Assembly: GCF_009914755.1 (NCBI RefSeq) | Contig: NC_060926.1 | Length of the DNA stretch: 64,000 bases | Origin: the human T2T-CHM13v2.0 reference genome, Homo sapiens | Reading direction: 5' to 3' (one strand) | Shown here: positions 46,930 through 61,085 of the stretch, one piece after another | Numbering within the stretch: the first letter of the stretch is position 1 | Layout: each line of letters begins with the position of its first letter | Notes under the pieces: model-generated | Database searches by the model: none | Told to the model about the DNA's origin: nothing | Seen by the model: the letters and a program-made list of their open reading frames with translations, nothing else | Made by a program: the position numbers and the translations under genes

Positions 46930-47148
46930 TTCTTTTTTCTGAGGCAATTCTCCTGCCTCAGCATCCCGAGTAGCTGGGATTACAGGCGCGCACCGCCATG
47001 CCCAGCTAATTTTTTTTTTTTTTGTATTTTTAGTAGAGACGGAGTTTCACCGTGTTGGCCAGGATGGTCTCGATTTCCTGACCTCGTGATCCACCCACCT
47101 CGGCCTCCCAAAGTGCTGGGATTACAGGCGTGAGCCACCGTGCCCGGC
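46930..47148 (-). mobile_element. AluSc-like with right-arm deletion
   Basis: TSD agcagtggtttt at 46920 and 47150. Confidence 0.88.
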
Positions 47149-48572
47149 CAGCAGTGGTTTTCAAACTGGTTTCGGAAGCAGATTCATTCTTTTCCTAGCC
47201 AAAGCCTGGTGAACCGTAGTGTGTACAACAGTTAAAAGCAGAGACCTGCAGGTCCACAGGAGCAGACGCTGAGACCAGCCTGCCTGGGGTCAATGCCCTC
47301 TAACCCCTCTGTGCCTCTGCTGTTCATCTGCTGAATGGGTCTCATAGTTGAGCAGTGGTCGAGAGATTTCCTGGCATCAAATACATGGAAGGGACTTAGC
47401 GTAGGTCCTGCTTAGCACATAGTAAGTGCTCAGCGAACTTACTTACCACTTATTACTTACCACCCCTGCCTGAAGCAGGGTGGGGCCAAGGGATTGGCTG
47501 GACCTCAGCCACTACCCCTCCCCTCACATGGAGCCAGGCCCCACCTCCACAGATTGGGGGCTTGGGGACACGTCTTCTGTGCTCCATGCTCTCAGGTCCC
47601 AGTGAGGCTGAGCGCTGAACCATCCAAGTTGGCAGGGCCAGGACAAGGACCCAGGAGCTCTGGTGCCCAGGAGTCCCCCGAAGGGGGGCTCAGAGGAGGT
47701 GCGTGCGGGGCTGGTGCCGGTGCCCCCGAGGCCCACGTGCAGCCCCGCTCTGTGGGGCCTTTGCCCAGCCTCCTGGTCCTTGCCAGCGCTGCATGGCGTT
47801 TCCTGCCGGAGTGCTGGTCACTGAGGGCTCTCAGACAAGGAATGACCCAGGGGCTGGGCCCAGCCTCTCCCTTGTTCCCTGATGCTGCTGGGGCCGCTCC
47901 TCTCTACCCAGCAGAAGGGTCCCGCAGGAAGATCAGCTCTGAGGTTAATTGTCCTTCTGGATAGCTGCAGCCCAGTTGTCATGGAAACCGGTCACGCAGG
48001 GCTCGGTAGCAGGACCCTCCTTCCTACCTCTGCCACGGTGCCGCAGGCTCAGAGGGGGCGTGGGAGCTGCATCAGGTGATGGTAAGATACTACAGCCATT
48101 CTCCAACTGCAGGCACCTGGAAGGAGAAGGTGGCCCGGGGCCAACTGTGCAGTGAGAGAGGCTTTTTCTGCGTCTCCCCGCAGCTGTCTTGTTTTCAGCA
48201 GTGGCCCTGGGGGAGATGTGGACGCTCTGAGGCCTGGGGCTGGCTCTGTGTGTCCAGGTCTGTGTGGGGGTCACTGAGAGAAGGGAAAGGCAGGGGATCT
48301 GGCCCCATGTGGATCTTGGTGGCCCTGGCACTTTTTTACTCTGAGCCCAGCCTTCCTTGTGTGTAAAACAGGGATTGTGGTGCCTACCTCTTGGGCTTGC
48401 CCTGCAGATGGGCCGGGCTGAGCCACACCACAGCGGCTGGGCAGGTTCAGGCCCCTTCTCACCTCTGCTGTCCTCCAGCACCATGATTCGGTTGGGAACA
48501 GAGGAAGGCGAGGAGAGCCATCCGCTTCCTGCTTCTGCAGCATTCGGCCATTTGCCCAATGCTCCCTGATGC

Positions 48573-48764
48573 CACGGTTCTCAAAGTGTGGTCCCTGTCC
48601 CTGGCCTGGGAGCATCAGCTTCCTGTGGGGACTCTAGAAATGCAAGTTCTCCGGCCCCACACTAGACTGACTGAATCAGAAACTCGGGGCGGTGGGGTCT
48701 AGCGATCTGTGCGTTAACACATACTCTAGGGGGTTCCGATGCCCCTCGAGTTTGAGACCCTCTG
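48573..48764 (+). mobile_element. MER5A hAT-Charlie element
   Basis: ggttctcaaagtgtggtcc..tagaaatgcaa..actgaatcagaaactc..agtttgaga. Confidence 0.85.
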
Positions 48765-48929
48765 GTCTAATGATTTATGGGTGAGACACTCTGCGCCTGC
48801 TTCCCTGAGGACCCCGAGCTGCAGCCCCAGGGCTTCCCCCTCCCACTTTGGGTGAGTATGAGCAGGGCCCAGGTGGCTGGGGTGCAGTGGGCAGCCCGGT
48901 GGTCCTGCCTGGGGTCTGGTGCTCCCTCG

Positions 48930-49310
48930 GTGTCTGTCAGCTCGGGCTGCTCTAGCAGAAGGCCACAGAATGGGGGCTCACACCGCAGGAATATATAGTC
49001 TCATGGTTCTGGTGTCTGGAAGTCTAAAATGAAGGCGTTGGTAGACTCAGTTTCTAGTGGGGCCTCTCTTCCTGGCCAGCAGGTGGCCGCCTTCTTGCTG
49101 TGTCCTCACATGGACTTTCTCTGTCCATGCATCCCTGGAGTCTCGCCCTCATCTGGTGGTCCTTTGTAAGGACACCAGTCCTACTGGATTAGGGTCCCAC
49201 CCTTAGGACCTCATTTCACATGAATCACCTCCTTAAAGACCTCATCTCCAAATACGTCCTGTTGAGGAGTTGGGCTTCAGCATATGGATTTGGGGGGACA
49301 CTCAGTTTCC
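48930..49310 (-). mobile_element. MaLR LTR (MLT1B/C-like)
   Basis: gttctgg..ctggaagtct..ctgtgtcctcacatgg..taaggacaccagtc..ggattaggg..ctccaaatac. Confidence 0.8.
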
Positions 49311-50611
49311 TTGGGCCTCTCAGCTCCTGAGGGGGTCATCATGAGCCACCTTCCTGCTTGAGGGGGATAAAGGGCAGCTGGGACCCAGGGCCTGGGGCCT
49401 TGGGCCGAGGCATGGGGGGCATTTGTGGGCCGGTGTTTGAAATGCTCCACCAGCACTGCAAACACACCAGACCCCTGAAGAGAGGGTCAGGCGCTCAGCT
49501 AGGAAGAGGGCGCTGCGGAGAGAGTGGTGTGTGTCTTCCTGTGTCCTCCTAGGAGCTTCTGTCTGAGAAGTCAGAAGTCATGAGTTCCCAGTCCTGGCCG
49601 CATTTGGAGGCTGGATCATTGGAGGGAGGCGCCGGCGCCCCATGTAGCTGATGTTGGTGGAGCATTGGCTGAGGGCCCAGAGAGCCATGCTGCTGCCTCC
49701 CACACATCAATCACTCAGGCCACACAGTCACTGGTGAAAGAGGGCACACAGGTAATCCTCCAGTTCTTGAATGGGGAATGGAGGCACAGGAGGGCTAAGC
49801 GAGGGCCCATGGCCTCAAGATTCAAACACAGGCACTGTCTGGCCCCAGAACACACGCCCTTCCCACCTGGCCGAGGAGGTGCTCACAAGGGGCACTCCAG
49901 GTGGATGCAGAGTGGGCCAGCCCCCTCCCTTCCTGCGGGCAGTGGCCCCTGCTCTTCAGGGGAGTCAGATGCATTGATTCTGGAGGCTGAAGCCAGGTGG
50001 AAGTGATCTAGAGGGGAGATGAATGTGAGGCGCTGCCCCGGAGGAGACAGGAATGGCTCATCAGCCACGAGCCAGTGCCATTTAGAAACTGGCAGCCAAA
50101 GTGACGAGGCCACACAGGGCAGGAGGAGCAAGAGCACACGCTTGGAGGTGATGGTATTCCAGCAGTGGCATCAGCTCAGCCTGGGCCAGGCCAATGAGCC
50201 CACCAGCAGCCTGCCCCTTGCTGGGGTGGAAGCCTGAAAGCAGACCACAGTGGCTGCTTTCTTTGGTCTGGGGGAGCTCAGGCCAGGGGCTGGTTAGAGT
50301 CCCCAGCACAGCCCCATCCTCCATCCCACAGTGGGCAGCAGTGTGAAACTGGGCAGGGGACTTCAACTCTCCTAGTCTAGTTTTTTCATTCATGTCAAGG
50401 GAACACCACTACTGACCTCACAGGGTGAGGGTTAAGTCAGATGATGTGCTTAAAAGTCTTACATGAGGCATGGTGACACTAGATGGGCCAGGGCTTCCTG
50501 AAGGCAGGGTCAACTCTGATTCATCTTGACATCTCCAGTTCCTGGCCCAGAGCCTGGCACATAGTGGGCACTTGAGAAGTGTCTGTTCCCTTCCCTCGAG
50601 AGGGTCTTCAA

Positions 50612-51592
50612 GTGGTGAATGGAGATGATGGTGATAGTGATAATGGTGGTGATGGTGGTAGTGATGGTGATGATGGTGGTGATGGTACTGATGATGGTGG
50701 AGATGATGGTGATGATGGTGGTGATGGTGGTGATGGTGGTATTGGTGGTGATGGTGGTGGTGATGGTTATGATGGTGGTGGTGATGGTACTGATGATGGT
50801 GGAGATGATAGTGATGGTGATGATGATGGTGATGGTGGTGATGGTGGTATTGGTGGTGATGGTGGTGGTGATGGTTATGATGGTGGTGGTGGTGGTACTG
50901 ATGATGGTGGAGATGATAGTGATGGTGATGATGGTGGTGATGGTGGTGGTGGTGGTGATGGTGGTGGTGGTGGTGGAGGTGATGGTGGGGTTGGTGGTGA
51001 TGAGTGTGATGATGTGATGGTGGTGGTGATGATGGTGGTGAGGATGGTGTTGGTGGTGATGAGTGTGATGATGTGGTGATGGTGATGGTGGTGGTGATGG
51101 TGGTGATGGGGGGGTTGGTGGTGATGAGTGTGATGATGATGATGTGATGATGGTGGTGATGGTGATGGTGGTGGCGATGGTGGGGTTGGTGGTGATAAGT
51201 GTGATAATAATGACGGTGGTAATGATGGTGTTGATGGTGGTGGTGAGGATGGTGGTGGTGATGATGGTGATGATCATGGTGATGGTGGTGATGTTGGCGA
51301 TGATGGTGGTAATGATGGTGGCAATGGTGGTGGTGATGGTGGGGTTGGTGGTGATGAGTGTGATGATAATGGTGGTGATGATGGTGATGGCAGAGATGGT
51401 TACAATGCTGAGAGTGATGATCTTGGCGGTGATGGTGGTGATGTTGGCGATGATGGTGGTAATGATGGTGGCAATGGTGGTGGTGATGGTGGGGTTGGTG
51501 GTGATGAGTGTGATGATAATGGTGGTGATGATGGTGATGGCAGAGATGGTTACAATGCTGAGAGTGATGATGGTGATGGTGACGATGGTGAT
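50612..51592. repeat. GAT/GGT triplet-mosaic VNTR with higher-order units
   Basis: About 980 bp; ~102-108-bp units (ggtactg at 50684/50786/50894) and an exact 150-bp-period duplication (51278-51421 / 51428-51571). Confidence 0.97.
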
Positions 51593-54500
51593 ATAAGTCC
51601 CCATGCGCACTTCCTCTTCTCTAGCTCTGTCTCTCACCTGCTCTTGCCTGAGCTCCACTGTGGCCACCCACCTGTGACCTGTGGATGGAAAGTAATTCTA
51701 ATTATGACATTTTCCTACAAAGAACAAACCACTGGGCTTCTCTGGAGCACAAAGGCATGGCGAGATGAGCAGTTTGCCCCACAGGACGCTGGCATTGCCC
51801 TCTGAACTTTTTCCCAGATGTGCTGAGGACAAGGAAGTCAGGAGTGTGGCTTGTTTTCCATCTGCTCAACACTGCTCGTGCCTGGAGCCCCCCAGCTGTG
51901 CCTATCAGCCCCTAGGGGTTGGCTGTCAGGGGAGCAGAGAGACTCTTGGGGCAGCGTGGCCTTGGTCACAGCAGAATGCTGGGTTCTGACATTTATGAGC
52001 CATGTGACCTTGGCATGCTCCTTGACCTCTCTAAACCTTGCATGACACTTAGGAAGGTTAATAAGATCACGTCTGTGAGAGGTCTTAGTGCCACAGTAGA
52101 TCAGTGTCAGTGAGGGTAGGGACTTAGCTCTGTGGCTTGGGAGGCGCAGGTGGCAGTGAGTAGCCAGTGGGTGAGACCCAGAGAGGCTGTGCCTGTGAGC
52201 GGCTGGGCAGAGTGGGAATGGGTGCTGTCAGCTGGGTGCACAGGCAGAGGAGGTACCGCTGCCCACAAAGGGAAGTCTCTGAGTTGGAGCGGAGCAGGGG
52301 CGGGAGAGAAGGCAATTGGGGCCTTCCTGGGTTTGGGAGGCTCAGCACCAGGAGCAGCCCACAGCCAGGGCTCAGGACCCAGGGGCTCACCCAGCCCTCC
52401 TGACCAGGCTAACCTGCGGGGTCTGGAGGGAACACGGGCAGCCACGGCCATGCGCACTGGGAATAAGTGAGAGGCTCCCGCTATCTCAGACCTGGCGTGG
52501 GAGCTGTGGGCCTTTCCAGGGCCCGGCTGCTGCGGAGGTAGGAGTTTGGTGTTGGCAGCAGGAGCAGCAAGGACACACTTTAGGACCTACAGCGTGGAGG
52601 CAGGAGGACAGGGAAATGGCCTCGAATGAGTCCGTGACCCCTTGAGGAATCTGCACACGACTCCTGGCTGTCTTGTCACTTGATGTAAGGCCTCAAGCGG
52701 CATCTCCTGAGGATTTCATGGAGGCCAGAGGGGACTCACCCAGAGGTGGAGGGATGCAAGCTCAGAGGCCAGGGTGGGCGGGGGCTGGAGCTGCTCTGTG
52801 ACAGCCCAGAGCTCCCGGAGGCCGCAGCCACCGTCCCAAGAGAGCTCAAAAGAGGAGGGGGTGGGAAGGGGGAGGTAAAAGCTGTTCAGCCAAGGCTTTC
52901 TCAGCCTGGGGACTGACCTGGGTTTGTCCTATTCTGTGAACCAACCCAAACATGTAAATGTCCTGGCACTGAGCAAAGCCTTCCCCAGGGGCGTTTTCCC
53001 TGAAGGACTTCTCAGAGCCTTTAATGGGCCAGGGAATCTTGTCACGCTCAGGTGATGGTAGAGGAGGAAAGGACTTCTCCAACCGTGGTGACTCTAGAAC
53101 CTCTCCCTACAGCAGCTCGGGGAGCTCCAGCTCTGGAGAACACACTTTGGGAAGCCTTCCCACGCAGGACAGAGGTCTCTCTGCCGGGCTGCGAGCCCTG
53201 CCCACTTGTGACCAGGGTTTTCAATCCCCTGGTGTGAGAGCAGTCTCAGGTAGCCCAAGCCTAAGTGGAAAAGGGGCCGGGAGAGGCGGCTGGGCACCCC
53301 CTCGCTGGGGCTGGTCTCCTGGGTCCCTGTTTCCTGTCTCAGGAACTGGGAGGAACCCACTTCCACCACCCAGCAGGGGAAGACTGAAAGTATTAGGGGG
53401 CCTGTCTGGGGTCAGTCCCACTGTGGACTTGGGCACTGCCACTCCACCCCCCCCTGCTGCCACAGGCAGTACCCAAAGGTGGTGCATTCGGACCCTGAAC
53501 CCCCAGCTTCATGGGTTCTAGGACCCTCCTCTCCATGGCTCAGCTTCCAACTGATGACCCCTCTCCAGAGCCAGCCTCTGTCCTCCAGCAGGAGGTAGCT
53601 TTGGCCTCTCTTGGTCTCTGACCCGCATGTCCCTTCTGCGCTGCAGTCTCCTGGGCTCAGGGTCCTCCTTCAGACTCCTCCAGGGAGGCCACACCCTCAC
53701 ACAGACCTGCCCTGGGCTCCCTTCTCTGCTCTGAGCAGCCCCTAGTCTTACAGGAGCTCTGCAGAGGCCCTTCCGCTGCAGAAGAGCTTAGGTGACAAGC
53801 CAGAAGCCTCAGGTGGCCTCCTTGTTTTGCCAGCCCTCCCCCGTCGGTTCCTTGCTTTTTCTACCCAGCTTGGATCTCGGGGGGCTGGCCTGGATGGATT
53901 TTGTCAATGACTCACTTGCCCTTTAATGATCATTGCATTTGGGAAGCCCTGGCCAGAGATGCAAGTGTAGCAGGAGAGGTTGGAATGTTCCTGTGCCTCC
54001 TCCCGGAGCTGCTGCTGTGGGGCAGGGAGACTTCTCCCTTCTGGTGGCCTCCTCTCCTCCAGCCCCTCCTTCTCACGAGGCTCTGTGAGACTGTTTTGGG
54101 CCTGGAGGCGGCAACAGCTTTCCACGGGGCTGGGTGCCGGGTGCCTCAGTGTCCCCCACTGTCCCTCCATTCTGCCCACTCCTCTGCAAACAGCCTCTGC
54201 ATCACGTGTTCTTCAAGATGCCAGCCGAGCGCGCCTGCAGGAGCCTGTCCTGCTCAGGGGCGGAGGGCTCTGCTCGTGTGGGCACAGCTCTGAGGCGGTC
54301 CTTGTAGCAAACATCGCTGACTGCCTACCACACGCCCGGGGACCTCCTGGGCACCTGTCAGTCATGAACGTAACAGGTTCAGGTTACCCAAGTCCCATGC
54401 CCTAACTGGGCAGTTGCACCATGGGCAGCAACAGACCCTGGGCTTCAGGATGTCCCAGCAGAGCCGCAGCAGCCACAGAGCAACCCCTCTTCACCCTGGG

Positions 54501-56406
54501 GATGGGGCTGGGCCTCTGAGAGCAAGCATGAGATTGCAGAGCCAAAACCCAAGCTGTCAAAACGACCAGCAAGAAAGACAGTTTGGATTAATTGGCACAG
54601 GGAGGTCCCTAGACATTTAGATTATGGCTGCTCCTGGGCTGGAGCGTGGAACCCAGAGACATTTCACAAATTAACATAAATCCTGTGAACCCTCTGTCCA
54701 TTTCAACGCTTAATGCCAAACATAAACAAATGAAAGTCATTTCAGAAGCTGGAGGAGTTTGAATAATTCAGTCCCATCATCATTTACTCCAAAACGCCTC
54801 ATTTCATCTTATGAGTCATCGTTGAAAGGAAAAGAAGATTTTACTTGGTATTAGAACCGGGAGAGCTGGAAAAGCTTCGAAGAGGAAGGAGGCTGCCAGC
54901 TTCCTGGGTGCACAAGGCCGTGGCCAGCTTCCGGGCTCAGTCGTGGACAAAGGCCTCCTGGGACAGAGAAGTGGCCTCTAAGCAAAGGCGGTGGTGTGAC
55001 GCTAGCAGGCCTGTGTCCACCTCCTGGTCAGGCTGCTGACTGGCGGGGCTCTGGGGGTAAGGCCTTGGTCCTGCCGTGCCTCCTCCTGGCTCATCTGTGA
55101 CACAGAAATGACAGTTCCTACTCCCCAGCTTGTGCGGGCCCAAATGGGATGGGGTGTGTGTGTGAGGACTGGGGCCTAGGCCTGTGCAGGGCAGGTTGTG
55201 TTACTAACGTCCCCCCGTGGCTCCTGGGCTAACGGTGCACTTCTCCGTCCTGCTTCACTGCCTTATGGCACGTGTCCATTTCCCCAACCACCGGTGGGCC
55301 CCGGGTGGCTTGGCCGGCCTGGTGTCCCGTGCCCAGCATGGGCTCTGGCCCAAGTTAGCACTTGCTGCCTAAGTGCCTCTGCCTTTTACTCACCTCCATC
55401 TGGAGCGGGCTCAGTGGGGTTCCTGCTGGGGCTCTACGGGGGCATCCAGACTTTGCCCTCTGACCAGCCCCACTGTCCTGTCCTTCCCTCCCCTGCGTCC
55501 TCATCTGTCACTCCTTGGTCACAGCCGCCCCCTGACTTTCCTCCCTGCCTCCTTGGCATGGTGGGAAACATGCGAGTTCCATTTCTGAGGCTGCCTCGTG
55601 CCTGATCTTGGGCAAGTTGCTTGCTAGACCTCTCGGCGTCTCCGTTCTCAGCGGTGCGGGTAACCTGGCCCTGTGCTACTGTGTGTGGGTTTACAGCCAA
55701 GGCCTGTGAGGCACGTGACCACCAAAACCCTCACGAGGCCATGTGGTCGTGGCTACGGGTTTAATCTAAAATTCATTCTGATCCCTTGGCCTTGGAAAAG
55801 GCACTTAGCAGGGTGGTGAGGGCCACAGGTGTGGTCTGAGCTCCTGGGGAGCTACCGAGGGCAACAGGCATGTTCTGGAAGACCCACCGTCTGAGGGGTC
55901 ATGTGACAGGTGGGCTAGGTGGGCACAGAATGGGAAGAGAGGCAGTGAGGCAGCCTCTCTGCAGAGGAGGGGCTTCACAGAGGAGGCAGCGGCTCAGGTG
56001 GTCCCAGGAGGATGGGTGGGGTTCGGAGGCAGAGGGCTGGACTTGGAAGGAAGGAAGAGCGGACACAGGGCCTCTGAGCGGACAGTGCTGGCGGAGCCCT
56101 GGGGAGCACCGAGTCCCCGCCGTGATGGGTCCCTGAAGCACCGGAGCCAGCAGCAGGAGCATGCGGGGGAGACCTTGGCCCAGCCCTGCAGTCAGGCAGT
56201 AGGTGAGCCCTGAAGGGTGAGGTTGCTTCAGCTGGATGAGAGGGTGTGGGAGAGAGGAGCATCCCAGGCAAAGTGAGCCGCGTTTACCTGGAGACCAAGG
56301 GTGGGAAGCGAGGGAGAAGAGGTCGCGGTGAGCCTCGGGTGGACCCATGTGGCAGACCTGTGAGTTGGTCCCCGACAGCCTCCTGCCTTTCTCCCTGACT
56401 GCCCAG

Positions 56407-56489
56407 CAGCAGTGTTCTTGGGCCTCAGGGACGTGTCGTGACTGGCTGAAGGCTGTCACGGTGGTCCTGTGTAGGACTGGTTGCCACAG
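56407..56489 (+). other. Candidate non-coding exon
   Basis: Pyrimidine tract, tandem CAGCAGCAG acceptors, consensus donor CAG|GTAAGT. Confidence 0.25.
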
Positions 56490-59101
56490 GTAAGTAGTGA
56501 CCTGGCCTGGCCGATGCTGTGTTAGGATAAACGTGCTAAGGAGGCTCTGGAAAAGAATTTTCCTGCTTGGACAAGACAGAGACTCACACGAGGAAATTCC
56601 TTTTGTTCCTACCCTCACTTCCAGTGTTGAACACAGTCATGCTAGAAATGGTGCCTGGTGCAGCTGCAGCCGTCTTGCTACCAGCAGGGCAAGGCAGAGC
56701 CGGCCGCCCAGGGACCTGCCACTGTGGGGTGGCCGAAGCAGCCCTGGCACCACACAGCTGTTATATGCTGTGGTCAGAAGTCCTTATTAGGTGAGCAATT
56801 AATCAGATGTGTGGCTTCTCACCCTGTATTTCCTCTGGCAAGACCCTGCGGCACTGCAGACCCCTGTCCTCATATGAGGCCTAAGCAGTGAGGAGCTTCA
56901 GACCCGTGTGAAGACAGAAGGCGCGGGGAGCAAAGGTGGCCAGAGAGGGGTGGGGTGGGCCACGAGCCCCCACCAACTGCAGGCCCACGGCTCAGCAGCA
57001 ATCTGAGGTCTCCCAGGCAGCCTTCTTGCCTTCCTTCCATGGCTCCTTGGAAAGAGCTGGGTTTCATCTCGGGACACAGTGGCATTAGGGATCGGCAGAG
57101 ACCAGCAGGAGCCCTGGGTCCAGACTGTGGCTGTTTCTGTGGTGACCAGCAGCCGGCACTGCCTGGCAGTGCCTGGGAGTGGACGTTGAGGACACTGTGC
57201 CCAGGAGGTCAGTCTGCCCACCCAGGCTGTGTCCTGGTTGCTGGGTGGGGGTGTGAAGAGTCCAGGACCAGCCGTTGTCCCACCCAGCAAAACCCTCTGT
57301 GTGTGGATCCCATGGGGGGCCGGGCTCCGGGGATGGACAGCCAGCAGCCCTGGCCTGAGCAGCCATCCGGAGGAGGGAGCAGACAAGAAACAGGCAGTGA
57401 CCGCACAGGGCGATGGGGCTGGGCAGGGAGGAGGCGGGTTCGCTGTGGCCAGATGCCAAGCCAGAGCCGGGAGGCCAGAGGGAGGGCCGCAGCCGGGACA
57501 GGAGTGACTGATGCCAGGGCCTCAGAGTGAAGACAGGGCTGGGGTCCCCTGCCCCCTGATGGGAAGGAGACTGCGTGGCTGGGGTCCCTGGGAGCGCATC
57601 CCTTTTGAGACCACACTCCTCAGCAGCACCTCCCTCTCTCAAGCACCAACACTGGCCTTTTGGCTGCCTGAGAAGGGGCTCTGGGGTCCAGGGGAGCCAG
57701 CTCAGCTCACCCCAGTGAGCTTCCCACACTCAGACAAGGCCCTACTCCAGGGCAGCTTGGCCCGTGCCTCTGCCCCTACCCCTGCCATGGCGTCTCTCCA
57801 GGCCCTAGGTCTGTACTCACATAACCCAGTCCTGCATTGTGCTGACTCAGCCTCTGAGCCTCAACAATCCCTCCTTCGAGTGGGGACAACATCCCTGCCT
57901 CCGAGGGCTGGTGTGCGGATCGAGGGAAGTCACAGGTAGTCACAGCTCTGTGAAGGGTAACGCGAGCGCCTAGGCTGGGAGGCTGGGTCTGCAGCTGCCG
58001 GCTCCACGGGCTGTCTCCACCTCTCCCTGCCTGGCTCTCCTGGCTCTTCGTTTCGTCATGTTCCTTCTGCCCAACCAGTCCTAGGGGGACAGGGAGACTC
58101 CTGGGCACAGGGGCTGCTCAAACTGCCCTGGGACAGATGGCCTCCTGCCCTGCCCCAGGCAGCACTGGGAAGCAGAAGGGCTGGGGGAACTCCAGCAAGG
58201 CCTGGGGGGCATTGAGCAAAGCCTGGAGAGAGCACACTTGTGGATGGGTGCACCTGTGGGTGGCCATACCTGCGGGGCGGGCACACCTGCAGGCTAGGAG
58301 TAGGGGGGCTGGGCGGTGGGCCCAGGGGAGGGTGTTACTGAGTTACGTGGCCCCCAGTGCTCCTGGTCCTTTCAACCTTTAAGTTGAAGATAAAGTCACT
58401 TTTGCAATACTAAAGACCAACAGATTCTAATATTCACTCCCATGCAGGAACTAAGTGCCTGTTACCTGCTGTCCTGCTTGTCCCATCTTAGGGTTTCCCA
58501 GGGCCCAGCAGAGCCTTTGCCATACCTTCTCTAAGGCCCAGGCTCTGGGAGGAAGGTCACTCAGACTTTCAGCACTGCTGCTGGTGGATGGGGCCCCTCT
58601 CAGAGGCCCTGGATCCTGCTGGGCCTGTCTGCCTGTCTGACCATGGAAACCTCCAATGGGGCAGGGTCCAGGTTTCCCTCCCTACAAGCACGCTCCTAAG
58701 CACGTCCGCTCTGTCGTTGTAGGTGTAGAACTCAACAATCACACCCTGCAAAGGCGGAGGAAACCCTCTTCCCTCCCCAGGCCCATTCTGTGTCTCAGGC
58801 CCTGCCTCTCCCCTGTATGTACCGCATACATCCCTTTCGGGGCTATGCACAGGCTTCAGGGGAGCCCCACCCATGGGGTGCATCTTCAGCAGGACAATCA
58901 TCAGAGAATGTTGTGGTCCAGGATAGGGCAGTCCTCCACTTCTGGTCCTCCAGAAGTGGACTAACTAACATCTCCTCCAAAGTCATTCTTCTTCCATGTT
59001 TACGGTGACCTCTGTGTTCTAATCCTGGGAGAAGCCCTAAGCTGAGCTCACGGGAGCTGGGAGACCCTGCTGCCAAGCTGAGTCTCACCATCTTTGGCCC
59101 A

Positions 59102-59332
59102 TTTTTTTTTTTTTTTTAGACAGGGTCTCGTGCTGTTGCCCAGCCTGGAGTGCAGTGGTGCGCTCTTGGCTCACTGCAGCCTCACCTTCTCTGGCTCAAG
59201 CAATCCTCCAGCTTCAGCTTTCCAAGTAGCTGAGGATACAGACGTGCATCACTATGCCTGGCTAATTTTTTGTATTTTTTTTTGTAGAGATGGGGTTTTG
59301 CATGTTGGCCAGGCTGGTCTTGAACTCCTGAG
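59102..59332 (-). mobile_element. AluJ, 3' part (split by provirus; remainder at 63365-63438)
   Basis: Ends gaactcctgag and resumes ctgagctcaagcgat after the distal LTR. Confidence 0.92.
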
Positions 59333-59736
59333 TGTAAGAGTTGAAGAAAGAAGAAAGAAACACGAAAAGTGGCTCAACAGTCCAAGACAGGTTTATTTTG
59401 GAGAATAAACCTGAGAGGGGCTTCTGGCCGATTGCTGTCAGGAGCACTCTCTCTTACAGACTAAGGGTATTTAAGGGTTTAGGGAGGGAGAGCTTATCGC
59501 AGGTTGGGAATGTTTCTGGTCAGAGGAGTGTTTGATTTCGGGGTAGGAATGTTTCTGGTTGGAGGGCGCTTTATCTCAGGGTTGGAATGTTTCTGATTGG
59601 AGGTGTCATTTGTGGTTTATGGTCATGCTGACAGCCATTAGGCTGATTTTTTGGGGGCTGGATTTAGGCGGTTTTTAATCAAGGGGAACTTAAAATGCTG
59701 CTGTTTGTCCAAAATGTTGATGCTCCTGCTTTGTCA
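59333..59736 (-). mobile_element. 3' LTR (MER61-like)
   Basis: Minus strand TGACAAAGCAGGAGCATC...TCTTACA; AATAAA about 60 bp from the end. Confidence 0.88.
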
Positions 59737-60195
59737 ATCCAGACCCTATAGTTATAAAAGGATGAGGGGCGACGTGCTCTTTCTGGCTACTTCCTGCTGA
59801 GAGAGGGTTGTCGTTATGGGACACTGAACATGGTGCTGGAGTGGAAGAGGTCGATTTGTTCTGGGTAGCACACTCTGCCTCAGAGGCCCAGAGGCAGCGC
59901 CCACTGAAACATCTAATTTTCAGCTCACAGGGCTTCAAGAAAGCACAGCTTAGGTTTTAGTGATCTCCAGCTAGAAAAAAAAAAGGGGGGGGGGAAGGAA
60001 AAGAAAAAGGAAAAATTGAAAACATTATTTTGGAGACTTGTAGCCAGAAAAATTAGAATTTAATCCAAACTGTAGAAAACAATAAAAATTGAAAAACCTC
60101 AGACAAGACTAGAATTTAACAACAGGTGTGCTACAGTTTTTGAAACACAATTCTCTCTCTCCAGTTTTCCATTTATATTAAAAGACAAATCATGG

Positions 60196-60830
<635 letters not shown>

Positions 60831-61085
60831 GGCCAGATTATTTGTATAAGGTGCAGCAAGAATAATTATTTTTACATAGGCCTTTTAAGTTGGCTTCAAA
60901 AAAACTCTGTTTCATGGAAGGAATTTGAGATAAGACCTTTTTAAAGCCAATCCCAGCCATGGAAGTGCACCATCAAATACCTGTGAGTTGGGTGAATTCT
61001 TCCACTCTTGAGGCTCCAAGATAACCTGGGGTTCCTGGCCTGTGAGAAAGTGACATTCCTTTACTTACCTCAGGTCAGAAACCTG

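Noticed and set aside
50510-51667. 385-aa Thr/Ile-rich mucin-like ORF (minus) and Val/Met and Gly/Asp ORFs (plus)
   Set aside because: By-product of the GAT/GGT triplet VNTR; no signal peptide or domain, and no typical mucin composition.
55899-57939. Overlapping 140-240 aa ORFs
   Set aside because: GC-rich DNA open on both strands, Pro/Gly/Arg/Trp-rich translations, no domain or exon chain.
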